This document shows positions 50,101-59,083 of a stretch of DNA of 64,000 nt, one piece after another. Position numbers and translations under genes: made by a program. The notes beneath the pieces were generated by a model that was not told the DNA's origin, ran no database searches, and saw nothing but the letters and a program-made list of their open reading frames with translations. How positions within the stretch are numbered: the stretch's first letter is position 1; the number at the start of each line of letters is the position of its first letter. This stretch comes from Candidatus Latescibacterota bacterium. Its GTDB lineage: Bacteria; Latescibacterota; UBA2968; UBA8231. The stretch spans positions 2,880,001 to 2,944,000 of the forward strand of contig OZ241362.1 in the NCBI GenBank assembly GCA_965200315.1. The letters are read 5' to 3'.

Positions 50101-50902
50101 CGAGCTGTTTCAAGAGGTGGAAAAGCAAGGAGGCACGTGGGCCGACGATGGGGCCTATTGGATGGCCATAACGCTGTGGAAGCGAAACAAAGCGACGCCC
50201 AGCGAGGAAGGAGCGGCATTCGCGTTGGAGGCCATATCGCGCTTTGTACGCGAATATCCGACGAGTCCTCAGGTAGCCGACGCCTACTTGCGCCTTGGGG
50301 ACTACCACTTTTCGCTGCACAACTTCCTTCAAGCGGCAGGGGCCTACAAACACGCCTTAAATGCGCCAGAAGTCAGTAGTGATCAGGCCCAAGATGCGCT
50401 GTGGAAACTGCTCAAGAGCTACCAAAGTGCCCACGAGTACGAGGCCGCTCACCAAGTGGCCGATCAGCTACTGAGCCAGTACCCCGAACACCCCAAGGCC
50501 ATTGAGGTCCAGCTCGAACTAGGTATCATTCTCAAGAATAAGGGCCAATACGCCCAAGCCATTGAACAGCTAGACGAACTACTCTCCCAACAGTTACTCG
50601 ATGGCAACAGTGCTTCGGAAGCCCGGTTTTACATCGGCGAATCCTATCAGAACATGGGCGAGTACCGCAAGGCCATCCAAGCCTATTACAAAGTCAGTTA
50701 CCACGGTAGCCAAGGGCTCAGCATGTGGATCACCTCGGCGGATTTCCAGCGCGCCCGCTGCCATGAATCGCTGGGCGAACACGCCACGGCCATGACCATC
50801 TACGAGCGCATCACACGTCGCGAAGGGGGCCAGAGTCCACAGGGACAGCTAGCCCGCGAGCGGATCGATGCCCTGCGCCGCCAGCTAGAAACCCTCAACT
50901 GA
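47186..50902 (+). CDS. Very large secreted TPR protein (BamD/CpoB-like repeats)
   Basis: Signal peptide; repeated YP.S...A units over ~1240 aa. Confidence 0.88.
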   Translation: MFPKLIVVLFFFLSTQSWAQTSAEDDFKLARNLFRDAGDYATAAGLFAEFVRNYPDSPQLAEARLMLARAYRQSGRCDLAVPAYETFYLEYPDRFLNAANARRERAACLAEQGQYLLAARSYEELQRRFSTSEFAASALIEAAANYTRAENLRQAEAAYGRLLANYARSDQAHLARYRLAQLHFAAGRAAEAQQLLGQIAAAKPSPSLAPSALLLGGRIALFMGNRETAEKQFKALERRFPRAAQTDSAYLDRADYLSNSRLFSQAGDAYQRAFNKIDDRSLKESALLGLADARRQSHQTREAIAHYDKLSAMLQPGHPAYLKAQLGRAIVLGQAEQFARAVGLLQGLIQTGDSPEAVSALRELGTLYKRRGDSSDSLRLLTFGEGIAAFHSRAITWYRRYLQEADGAADANAVRFELAALYASISYYEEAISLYRQLASGQDEVATKAQFALAQTFEQSGQPRAALREYVAFLELFPADRQTEAVRQRIEYLRQFTVLDPAGLNRALQKAWLDELSGKSRQLVQLAVARVLFSHRDFVAAAQSFKHYATAYPDDSYNDEAQYFLAESLLQLARQRQLEAQPASADSLRALALREYRILTEQSPTDSTWAQRTRLSLIKLEAEDRPDSLRLLTLEERIAAFVAEYPEGRGDHLDQALLQLGDARRQLGATDTTWFDGAIAAYDQLRRLSSNSPLVPHALYGKSLCLVQKGQHRTAADLLERVLRDYPNSPLTAPVLFELGHIRLAQERTQEAIARLQELRWGYPAFSQRRAVQKLLGDTYFQLGQYAAAIELYQPLVSNSTISDDRGPILRRIGRAYHHLNRYGEAMETYRQILAEEPNPVGLDSIYFAQAVLQLRLGGEDDAFRLFRKVGREFASSGLATEASARAGHIAFARQQYKQAYQLYQPLLKQSEDSLIHGQAVLSLFRLKRIEAGSKAAKRFAKRFKEETEWRQHFRVEEGSYYLQAGNYKKAYELFQEVEKQGGTWADDGAYWMAITLWKRNKATPSEEGAAFALEAISRFVREYPTSPQVADAYLRLGDYHFSLHNFLQAAGAYKHALNAPEVSSDQAQDALWKLLKSYQSAHEYEAAHQVADQLLSQYPEHPKAIEVQLELGIILKNKGQYAQAIEQLDELLSQQLLDGNSASEARFYIGESYQNMGEYRKAIQAYYKVSYHGSQGLSMWITSADFQRARCHESLGEHATAMTIYERITRREGGQSPQGQLARERIDALRRQLETLN

Positions 50903-50924
50903 ACTGCCGCCAGCAGAGAGTATT

Positions 50925-52490
50925 ATGGCCCCGACTCAACGTCGCATTCTGATCCTGACCCAGCGAGCAGAGCTGGAAGCGGAGTTCAAGTCCGCAGCCC
51001 ACGACGTGCGGCTGCGCGTACTCAGCGCGGCTAACGGTGATGCGCTTAGGCGGCTACTGAGGCGTGGAGTGGATCTGGTCGCCTTTGATCTGGAACTCCC
51101 GCCCGCCGGCCTCGCAGAGGGCGTCGCCGCGCTCGACCAGTACCGCGATGTGCCCATGCTAGGCTTGGGCAACGCCGATGAAAATTGGGACCGACTTTTG
51201 TGGGGCTCGCCTCTCAAAGACCAAATTGCCGTGCCCTTTGAGGCCACAGTCCTGCGTCAGCATCTGGACCAGCTACTAGAGCGCGGGGACTTTTTGCACG
51301 GGACCGAACTGATAGGTCAGTCGCCCTTAATGCGCCAACTGCGCGAACGCATCTTAATCTTGGCACCAACGCCTGTTTCCTCTATTCTCCTGACGGGCGA
51401 AAGCGGCGCGGGCAAGGACTTAGTTGCCGAAGCTCTACATCGCTATAGCAGCCGACGCGAACGTCCTTTCCGCCCGCTCAACTGCGGAGCCATTCCAGAG
51501 AATCTGTTAGAGAACGAACTCTTCGGGCACGAGAAAGGGGCCTTCACTGACGCCCGCGCCCGGTATCAAGGCATCTTTGAACAAGCGAACGGCGGAACAG
51601 TCTTTCTAGACGAAATCGGCGAGATGTCGCTGGCGGCGCAAGTGCGCCTCTTGCGGGTCCTCGAGCAGCGCGAGGTGGTCCGCATCAGCGGCAGCGCACC
51701 TATATCAGTGGATATTCGCGTCATCGCCGCGACCAACCGCGATCTACAAAAGGCTGTTGACCAGCGCGAGTTCCGCCTCGACCTATACCACCGGCTCAAG
51801 GTCGTCGAGCTCGACATTCCGCCGCTGCGCCGCCGAGCCGAGGACATTCCCCTCTTGATCGAGCACTTCACCAGCGAGTTGACCCAAGACAATAAGAGCC
51901 GTCTAGAGGGGTTCTCGGCGGCGGCGCTGGACCTTTTGCAAGACTATGCTTGGCCTGGCAATGTGCGCGAGTTGCGCAACCTAATCGAGCACTTGGTGTT
52001 CCTCGCCCCGCGGGCCCTCGTCGAACCCGAAGACCTATTGCCCCATCTTGGGATCCAGCCCGCACACCATTTGCCCGTGCCAACCAACAAGACGCCGGAC
52101 CAATCCGAGCGCGAGTTGATCTACTTTGCGCTCTTGGATCTCAAGCGCGAGGTCGCCGAGCTAAGAGCCGCAGTCGAGCGCAATGCCTCCGTGATGCCGT
52201 CCTCTACGCCTCCCGTAGCATCAAGGGCCGTTCGACCGGTCGAGCCCGAGGAACCTATCTATCCGGTTGAGGACACCCCTTACCATCCCGCAGACTCCCA
52301 GAAATCCGCGGCAATACGCCTCCCCGAAAACGCAGCTATTGAGCCTTTACCCACGCTCAAAGACCGCGAGCGAGAAGCCATCGAACAGGCCCTCGACCGC
52401 GTCGGTGGCAATCGTCGGAAGGCCGCCGCCATCCTCGGCATCAGCACTCGCACGCTCTACCGGAAGTTGAAGGAATACGACCTCGAATGA
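50925..52490 (+). CDS. Sigma54-interacting AAA+ activator with atypical receiver and Fis HTH
   Basis: GESGAGKD, GAFTDA, FLDEIGE, WPGNVRELRN, TLYRKLKEY. Confidence 0.92.
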   Translation: MAPTQRRILILTQRAELEAEFKSAAHDVRLRVLSAANGDALRRLLRRGVDLVAFDLELPPAGLAEGVAALDQYRDVPMLGLGNADENWDRLLWGSPLKDQIAVPFEATVLRQHLDQLLERGDFLHGTELIGQSPLMRQLRERILILAPTPVSSILLTGESGAGKDLVAEALHRYSSRRERPFRPLNCGAIPENLLENELFGHEKGAFTDARARYQGIFEQANGGTVFLDEIGEMSLAAQVRLLRVLEQREVVRISGSAPISVDIRVIAATNRDLQKAVDQREFRLDLYHRLKVVELDIPPLRRRAEDIPLLIEHFTSELTQDNKSRLEGFSAAALDLLQDYAWPGNVRELRNLIEHLVFLAPRALVEPEDLLPHLGIQPAHHLPVPTNKTPDQSERELIYFALLDLKREVAELRAAVERNASVMPSSTPPVASRAVRPVEPEEPIYPVEDTPYHPADSQKSAAIRLPENAAIEPLPTLKDREREAIEQALDRVGGNRRKAAAILGISTRTLYRKLKEYDLE

Positions 52491-53980
52491 AGCGCCGTCA
52501 CCGCGCCGTCAGGCGCGACAATCCCTCCACCCTGTTCAGCATTTGTCGCCCGTGGGTGAGCAGCACCCTTATTGCCGCGTTGCTCGCGGGTGCGCACCCG
52601 GCTGGGGCGCAAATGCCGGAGGAGAGCACTCAGTCTCTGGCGAATCTCAGCAGGGCTTTCCGTCACGCCTATGAACAAGTGCGTCCGGCTGTGGTTTTAA
52701 TCGCGGCGACGACCCGATCGCGGCAAAAGCGCACATTGCCCCTCTTCCACCCAGAAATTCCCGAAGACTTTCGCGGCATAGGCTCCGGGACTATCGTCAG
52801 CGCCGACGGCTACATTCTGAGCAATTACCACGTCGTCGCCGGGGCCGACTCCATCCAAGTCACCCTCTCGGACCGCCGCACCTATCAGGCTAAGGTCATC
52901 GGCTTCGATTCGCTGATTGACATCGCCCTGCTCAAGGTTGAGGCGCAGGGGCTGCCTACCGTGCAGTTAGCCGATTCAGACCGCTTGCAAATCGGCGATT
53001 GGGTGCTGGCCATTGGCCATCCCTTGGGCATGGGGTCAACGCTGACGCACGGCATCGTCAGTGCCCTAGGGCGTCAAGCAGGCATTTTCAACCCCAGAAG
53101 CGACGAAGAAAATCGCTACGCCATCGAGAGTTTTATCCAGACCAATGCCGTGATTAATCCCGGCAATTCCGGCGGCCCTCTACTCGATATACAGGGCCGA
53201 GTAGTAGGGATCAACACGGCCATTTCAACGAGCACTGGTTACTACATCGGCTATGGGCTAGCTGTGCCGATCAACCTAGCGCACGAGGTGGTGGATGATC
53301 TGCTGGTCCACGGGCGGATCGTACGCGGCTACTTGGGCGTGTCCATGGAATCTGAGATGACCCCAGAGCTAATCCGCGAACACAACCTCGGCATGGAATG
53401 GCCACGGGGCGTTTGCCTCAGAGATGTGCAGCCCAACAGCCCGGCCGCGCGTGGTGGCCTGCGCGTCGGGGACGTCGTCCTGTCGCTCGATGGCATCGAG
53501 GTGAATCACTTCAACCACCTGCAGACGCTGATCTACAGCCGCGACCCAAGCGAGACGATCAACCTACAAATCATGCGCCAGAATCAAATCCACCCCATCG
53601 CCGTGGTGCTCGGCGAGCGCGAAGAGGACCGGCTCCTTTCCGAAGGATATCAGCGGCTAGCAAAGCTAGGGATTTCGGTCGAAACCTTGCCCGCTGAATT
53701 GGCCGTCGAGTTGGGCTTTATCGGTGAGTTGGCGGCTGAACTGGGTTTTGCACAAGGCGAGGAGCCGGTGGTGGTAGTTGAAGTAGATCCGGAGGGGCTG
53801 GCCGCAGACAAAGGGATTCAAGTGCGCGACGTGATTACCGAAGTGGATCAAGAACGCGTTACCTCGTTGGAGCAATTTGTGCGCTCTGTTTCCGAGCTGG
53901 AGGAGGGGCTGTTTGCGTTGTTCTGGTTTTGGCGGCCCGATACCGGAATCGAGGCCCGGGCACTGAGGATTCCGGAGTAA
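52487..53980 (+). CDS. degP: HtrA/DegP serine protease with two PDZ domains
   Basis: SNYHVV, DIALLK, INPGNSGGPL, GYLGV. Confidence 0.9.
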   Translation: MKRRHRAVRRDNPSTLFSICRPWVSSTLIAALLAGAHPAGAQMPEESTQSLANLSRAFRHAYEQVRPAVVLIAATTRSRQKRTLPLFHPEIPEDFRGIGSGTIVSADGYILSNYHVVAGADSIQVTLSDRRTYQAKVIGFDSLIDIALLKVEAQGLPTVQLADSDRLQIGDWVLAIGHPLGMGSTLTHGIVSALGRQAGIFNPRSDEENRYAIESFIQTNAVINPGNSGGPLLDIQGRVVGINTAISTSTGYYIGYGLAVPINLAHEVVDDLLVHGRIVRGYLGVSMESEMTPELIREHNLGMEWPRGVCLRDVQPNSPAARGGLRVGDVVLSLDGIEVNHFNHLQTLIYSRDPSETINLQIMRQNQIHPIAVVLGEREEDRLLSEGYQRLAKLGISVETLPAELAVELGFIGELAAELGFAQGEEPVVVVEVDPEGLAADKGIQVRDVITEVDQERVTSLEQFVRSVSELEEGLFALFWFWRPDTGIEARALRIPE

Positions 53981-53984
53981 AACC

Positions 53985-55124
53985 ATGACGCCCGACCTAA
54001 AAGGGGCCGATGCCCTGCTGATGATCGACAGCAGCGAACGCTGCGCCAATCTATTCTACGCCACCTGCTTTCGCGCCCCCGACCCCTTCGTCTTTCTGTG
54101 GACCCCCAACGAAAAGATCATGCTCGCCAACAGCCTTGAGATCAACCGCGCACGCGACCAAGCTAGCGTCGATCGGGTATTGTCTTATACCCAGTACGAG
54201 AGGCAGGCCAAGGAAAGGGGCCAAGAGCGGCCCAAGAGCAAAGCCGTCTTGTTGGAACTTTTGCGCGACCTCGGCTTGGCGAAGCTGCAAGTGCCTGCTG
54301 ATTTTCCCCTTGGTACGGCCGATTTTCTGCGGGGGGAAGGCATCGAATTGGCCATTGCGGCCGAGCCGCTCTTTCCCCAGCGCAGAATCAAGGACGCCAC
54401 AGAGATCGAGAATGTGCGCCGGGCGATGCGGGCCGCCGAAGCAGGCATGGAGATGGCGATTGAAGGGCTGCGCACAGCCGATGTGCGCGACGGTACGCTC
54501 TTTCTCAACGGCGACGTACTCACTTCAGAGCGATTGCGGCGTATGGTGCATCAGACACTCATGGACTGCGACAGCATTGGCGAACATACCATCATTGCCG
54601 GCGGCGACCAAGGCTGCGATCCGCACCAAGTGGGCTTTGGGCCTTTGTGCGCTGGCGAGACCATCATTATCGACATTTTTCCGCGCGATGAGACGAGCGG
54701 CTACTACGGAGACCTGACGCGGACCGTCTGTAAGGGACCGGCCTCCAAACCGATGCAACACCTGTACGAAACCGTGCTGGAGGCTCAACAATTGGGCTTA
54801 GACCACATCCATCCGGGTGCCGAAGGCCACCTTATTCACGAGGCAATCCAACGGTTTTTCAGCGATGCCGGCTACGAGACGGGAGAGAAAGACGGCTATA
54901 TGCAGGGCTACATCCACAGCACGGGGCACGGGCTAGGCCTAGAGATCCACGAGGGGCCGAGGATCGGCCCGCACGGCGACATGCTTGAATCAGAGCACGT
55001 CGTGACGATGGAACCGGGGCTCTACTACCGAGGCTTGGGGGGCGTGCGGATCGAAGATACGGTCGTCGTTTGCGCCGGCGGCTACGAGAATTTATGCAGC
55101 CTGCCCAAGGTGCTCGAAGTGTGA
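53985..55124 (+). CDS. Xaa-Pro peptidase (M24)
   Basis: DIFP..GYYGDLTRT, HSTGHGLGLEIHE, EPGLY..GGVRIED. Confidence 0.92.
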   Translation: MTPDLKGADALLMIDSSERCANLFYATCFRAPDPFVFLWTPNEKIMLANSLEINRARDQASVDRVLSYTQYERQAKERGQERPKSKAVLLELLRDLGLAKLQVPADFPLGTADFLRGEGIELAIAAEPLFPQRRIKDATEIENVRRAMRAAEAGMEMAIEGLRTADVRDGTLFLNGDVLTSERLRRMVHQTLMDCDSIGEHTIIAGGDQGCDPHQVGFGPLCAGETIIIDIFPRDETSGYYGDLTRTVCKGPASKPMQHLYETVLEAQQLGLDHIHPGAEGHLIHEAIQRFFSDAGYETGEKDGYMQGYIHSTGHGLGLEIHEGPRIGPHGDMLESEHVVTMEPGLYYRGLGGVRIEDTVVVCAGGYENLCSLPKVLEV

Positions 55125-55170
55125 ATGCGGCCTCGTTGACAAAAAGGGGAGATTGAGCAGATTTATTTTT

Positions 55171-55795
55171 TTATGAGACGGCACAAATTCACCCTTGGCT
55201 CCCTAGTCATTGCCGCTGGCTTGATCTACCTTTTTGCTGCCGGCGTCCAACAGTCAACAGCGACCCATATGACGCTGCAAACTCTGATGGAGGGATTATG
55301 AGACGGCACAAATTCACCCTTGGCTCCCTAGTCATTGCCGCTGGCTTGATCTACCTTTTTGCTGCCGGCGTCCAACAGTCAACAGCGACCCATATGACGC
55401 TGCAAACTCTGATGGAGGGATTATGAGACGGCACAAATTCACCCTTGGCTCCCTAGTCATTGCCGCTGGCTTGATCTACCTTTTTGCTGCCGGCGTCCAA
55501 CAGTCAACAGCGACCCATATGACGCTGCAAACTCTGATGGAGGGATTATGAGACGGCACAAATTCACCCTTGGCTCCCTAGTCATTGCCGCTGGCTTGAT
55601 CTACCTTTTTGCTGCCGGCGTCCAACAGTCAACAGCGACCCATATGACGCTGCAAACTCTGATGGAGGGATTATGAGACGGCACAAATTCACCCTTGGCT
55701 CCCTAGTCATTGCCGCTGGCTTGATCTACCTTTTTGCTGCCGGCGTCCAACAGTCAACAGCGACCCATATGACGCTGCAAACTCTGATGGAGGGA
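55171..55795 (+). repeat. Perfect tandem array, 5 x 125 bp, of the ccmE 5' end
   Basis: ATGs at 55173, 55298, 55423, 55548, 55673; units identical by eye; the fifth runs into full ccmE. Confidence 0.97.
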
Positions 55796-56107
55796 GCGAC
55801 AGACGACGGCCAGCGCATCCAGTTAGGCGGCGGCACGGTAGTGCCCGGTTCGATTGAGTGGGACCGGTATCGCTCGCGGCCCGAATTCGTGATTACCGAC
55901 GGGCAACACACCCTGCGGGTGCGCTACGTCGGACACGCCGTGCTGCCCGATACCTTCAAAGACGAGGCACTGGTAGTTCTCGACGGCGAATACCATCCTG
56001 CCGACCAGATCTTTGCCGCCGATTTAGTCCATGCCAAATGCCCCTCCAAATACGAGGGACAAAGCTATGAAGGCCACGTGCAGGCGATGAATAGCCGGAA
56101 CGGCTAG
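55673..56107 (+). CDS. ccmE: Heme chaperone CcmE, CxxxY variant
   Basis: TM anchor, PDTF, AKCPSKY. Confidence 0.92.
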   Translation: MRRHKFTLGSLVIAAGLIYLFAAGVQQSTATHMTLQTLMEGATDDGQRIQLGGGTVVPGSIEWDRYRSRPEFVITDGQHTLRVRYVGHAVLPDTFKDEALVVLDGEYHPADQIFAADLVHAKCPSKYEGQSYEGHVQAMNSRNG

Positions 56108-56140
56108 CCCGCAGCACCTTTTGGCTTTTCACGACACTTT

Positions 56141-58597
56141 ATGGTTGATCTCGGCTATTTTGCCCTGTGCCTAGCACTCCTAGCCTCTGGCTATGGAGCT
56201 CTGGCGTCGGCTCTCGGGGCGAGGCGTGGCCACTTGGGGCTGGTGCGCTCGGGCGAAAACGGGGTCTTGGCGACCTGTGTCCTGCTGACGCTGGCGGTTC
56301 TCGCGCTGTGGCACGCGCTCCTCTCTCACGACTTCCAAGTCGAGTACGTGGCCGAAAACAGCAACCGCGCCATGCCTTTGTTCTATTTAATAACGGCGCT
56401 GTGGGGCGGGCAGAACGGGTCGCTGTTGTTTTGGGGCTGGATCCTATCCATCTACTCGGCGGGCTTGGCGGCACTCTACCGCCAGCGCTATCGCGCATTG
56501 ATGCCTTACGCGATGGCAACCCTATCCCTTACCAGCTTCTTCTTTTGCATCGTGCATCTCTTTGCCGCGGACCCGTTCCAGCGCCTGCCTTTCACGCCAG
56601 AAGACGGCCGCGGGCTCAACCCGATTCTACAACATCCTGTCATGGCCATTCACCCGCCGATGCTCTATTTGGGAATGGTGGGCATGGTCGTACCCTTTGC
56701 CTTTGCCATCGCCGCGCTCTTGACCGGCAAGTTGGACGCTACTTGGCTCCGTGCGGCGCGGCGCTGGATGCTCATCCCTTGGACCTTTCTCGGCTTCGGT
56801 CTCCTGCTAGGCGGCAAGTGGGCCTATGTCGAACTGGGATGGGGTGGATATTGGGCGTGGGATCCGGTGGAGAATTCCTCGCTGATGCCTTGGCTGGTCG
56901 CCACCGCTTTTCTGCACTCGATTATGATTCAAGAGCGCAAGGGCATGCTCAAAGTGTGGAATGTGGCACTGGCGATCCTCACATACGCGCTGTGCCTGTT
57001 CGGCACCTTTATGACCCGCAGTGGCATTATCTCCTCGGTTCACGCCTTTGCCCAATCCAACATCGGCCCTTTTTTTGGCACGTTTCTAGTCCTGACGCTG
57101 ATTTTTTCTTTTGGGCTTTTGTGGCTGCGGCTACCCTTGCTCAAGGCCGAAAACCGCTTGGAATCTTTTGCCTCGCGCGAGACGGCTTTCTTGCTCAACA
57201 ACTGGGTTCTCTTGGGGATACTCTTCGCCGTGTTCTGGGGCACGGTCTTCCCACTGGTCTCCGAAGCCTTAACCGACGAGCAAATCACGGTCGGGCCTCC
57301 TTTTTTCAATCAAGTCACGATTCCCATCGGCCTAGTGCTCCTGTTGTTGACGGGTGCTGGTCCACTCTTCGCTTGGCGCCGCACCTCCCGCGAGAGTCTG
57401 CGCAAAAACTTCATTCGCCCAGTGACGGCAGGCGCACTTTCTTGCGGGGTCTTTTTTGTTGTTGGCATACGCGATCCCTATGTGGTGCTGTCATTCGGGC
57501 TATGCGTCTTCGTACTCGTCGCGCTCACTGCCGAATTCCACGCCGGGGCGCGGGCGCGGAGGCACAGTACGGGCGAGTCCTATCCGGTGGCATTGTATCG
57601 CCTCTGCGCCAAAAACCGACGGCGTTATGGCGGGTATTCGACCCATCTAGGGCTGGTATTGCTCTTTGCCGGCTTTACTGGCAAAGCCTTTACCCAAGAA
57701 GCCGAAGTCGTCCTCGACCAAGGGGCTTCGCGTCAAGTCGGCGAATACCGGCTTACCTTCGCGTCGCTGGCCTTCGCCGAAAACGCCAACCACAGCACTA
57801 CCGCCGCGGCCTTGGCTCTGCACCGCGGCGATCAATTCCTCGGTACGCTGCTGCCGGAGCGACGCTACTATCCGGCTTTTGACCAAGGAACTACTGAAGT
57901 CTCCATTTACTCGACGTGGCGCGAGGACTTCTATGTAATTCTAGTGGGGGCCGCCGAAGACCAGAGCGCCAAATTCCAAATCTATATCAACCCGTTAATC
58001 AACTTCGTGTGGCTCGGTGCTGTCGTCCTAGTGCTCGGCGCACTGTGGGCGATGTGGCCCACGCCGCGAGACCGGCGGCTAGCGCGGATCGATCGCGAGA
58101 CCGCAATGGACTCGGCCATCGCCCGGAGGCCTCGTATGTACGTGCCCGTGCTCGCTGCATTGGCACTGGGCTTCTCGCCAGTAGGGGCGGCAACAACGGC
58201 GGAAATCAAGGCTGTGGCTGCGGAATTGGTCTGTCTCTGCGGCAGTTGCCCTCGGGAATCCCTAGCCACTTGTCTTTGTTCTGACTTCGCGGTCCCCGAA
58301 CGCGAGGCGATTGGCTCAGCCCTAGACCAAGGCCAGACTCGACAGCAGATCATCGACGGCTATGTAGCGCGTTTTGGCCCGATGGCCTTAGCCACTCCGC
58401 CGCACGAGGGCTTTAACTTGCTCGCTTGGGTAGCACCTTTTTTGGCTCTTTTGTTTGGCGTTGCCCTAGTACGCACCCTGCTAGTTCGCTGGAAAGACCA
58501 AGGCCAAGCGCCTCTACAGTCCAAGCACCAGTCGGCCAACCGCAGCCAAGACGCGGATCGCTTGAGACGCGAATTAGATCACTACGACGATGGCTAA
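56141..58597 (+). CDS. ccmF: Cytochrome c heme lyase CcmF fused to a CcmH-like domain
   Basis: WGGYWAWDPVEN, SVHAFA, NPLINFVW; then LVCLCGSC..C.C..YVARFG...P....LLAWVAP. Confidence 0.93.
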   Translation: MVDLGYFALCLALLASGYGALASALGARRGHLGLVRSGENGVLATCVLLTLAVLALWHALLSHDFQVEYVAENSNRAMPLFYLITALWGGQNGSLLFWGWILSIYSAGLAALYRQRYRALMPYAMATLSLTSFFFCIVHLFAADPFQRLPFTPEDGRGLNPILQHPVMAIHPPMLYLGMVGMVVPFAFAIAALLTGKLDATWLRAARRWMLIPWTFLGFGLLLGGKWAYVELGWGGYWAWDPVENSSLMPWLVATAFLHSIMIQERKGMLKVWNVALAILTYALCLFGTFMTRSGIISSVHAFAQSNIGPFFGTFLVLTLIFSFGLLWLRLPLLKAENRLESFASRETAFLLNNWVLLGILFAVFWGTVFPLVSEALTDEQITVGPPFFNQVTIPIGLVLLLLTGAGPLFAWRRTSRESLRKNFIRPVTAGALSCGVFFVVGIRDPYVVLSFGLCVFVLVALTAEFHAGARARRHSTGESYPVALYRLCAKNRRRYGGYSTHLGLVLLFAGFTGKAFTQEAEVVLDQGASRQVGEYRLTFASLAFAENANHSTTAAALALHRGDQFLGTLLPERRYYPAFDQGTTEVSIYSTWREDFYVILVGAAEDQSAKFQIYINPLINFVWLGAVVLVLGALWAMWPTPRDRRLARIDRETAMDSAIARRPRMYVPVLAALALGFSPVGAATTAEIKAVAAELVCLCGSCPRESLATCLCSDFAVPEREAIGSALDQGQTRQQIIDGYVARFGPMALATPPHEGFNLLAWVAPFLALLFGVALVRTLLVRWKDQGQAPLQSKHQSANRSQDADRLRRELDHYDDG

Positions 58598-58642
58598 TTC
58601 GGCCGAACCGACGCGAGCCTGTTAGGGCCCAATAGTATTATA

Positions 58643-59080
58643 ATGAACGCGATAGGACTCCTGCCCATATTGTGTTCAGTCGCTCTGCTGTTGGGGCTGT
58701 TGCTCTATCTGGCACTTCCCCTCCTAGCGAGCGAGCGGACGGGCGTAGCGAGTGGATCAACGAGACAGCTTTTTGAGCGCAAGGAGCAGCTTTTGGGCGA
58801 GATCGTCGAACTGGAGCTTGACCGCGAGCTTGGGAAAGTGTCTACAGAGGATTTTCAACGCCTCTTCGGCGAGTTGGAAGCCGAGACGCTGGCGGTTATC
58901 GGCGAGTTGGATCGGCTCAACGGCGCGAGCAGCTCTCAACTCGAACGACGCATTGAGGAAGAGGTTGCGGCTCTGCGCCAAAAGACCGCCGTTCCTCGTT
59001 GCAGCGGCTGCGGGGCCTTGCGGCGCGAGGGAGATCGGTTCTGTCCGCAATGCGGCACTTCGCTAGTGGAATCTGGCTGA
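58643..59080 (+). CDS. CcmI-N-like membrane-anchored zinc-ribbon protein
   Basis: TM, ELELDRELGKVS.EDF, CSGCG..FCPQCG. Confidence 0.75.
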   Translation: MNAIGLLPILCSVALLLGLLLYLALPLLASERTGVASGSTRQLFERKEQLLGEIVELELDRELGKVSTEDFQRLFGELEAETLAVIGELDRLNGASSSQLERRIEEEVAALRQKTAVPRCSGCGALRREGDRFCPQCGTSLVESG

Positions 59081-59083
59081 GCC

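Noticed and set aside
55171-55795. CRISPR array
   Set aside because: Units are contiguous identical 125-mers of coding sequence with no unique spacers.
56167-57882. 571-aa alternative-frame ORF and other long shadow ORFs (e.g. 20381-21307, 37617-38396)
   Set aside because: They overlap well-supported genes, have Arg/Pro/Ala-rich composition and no motifs; typical high-GC artefacts.
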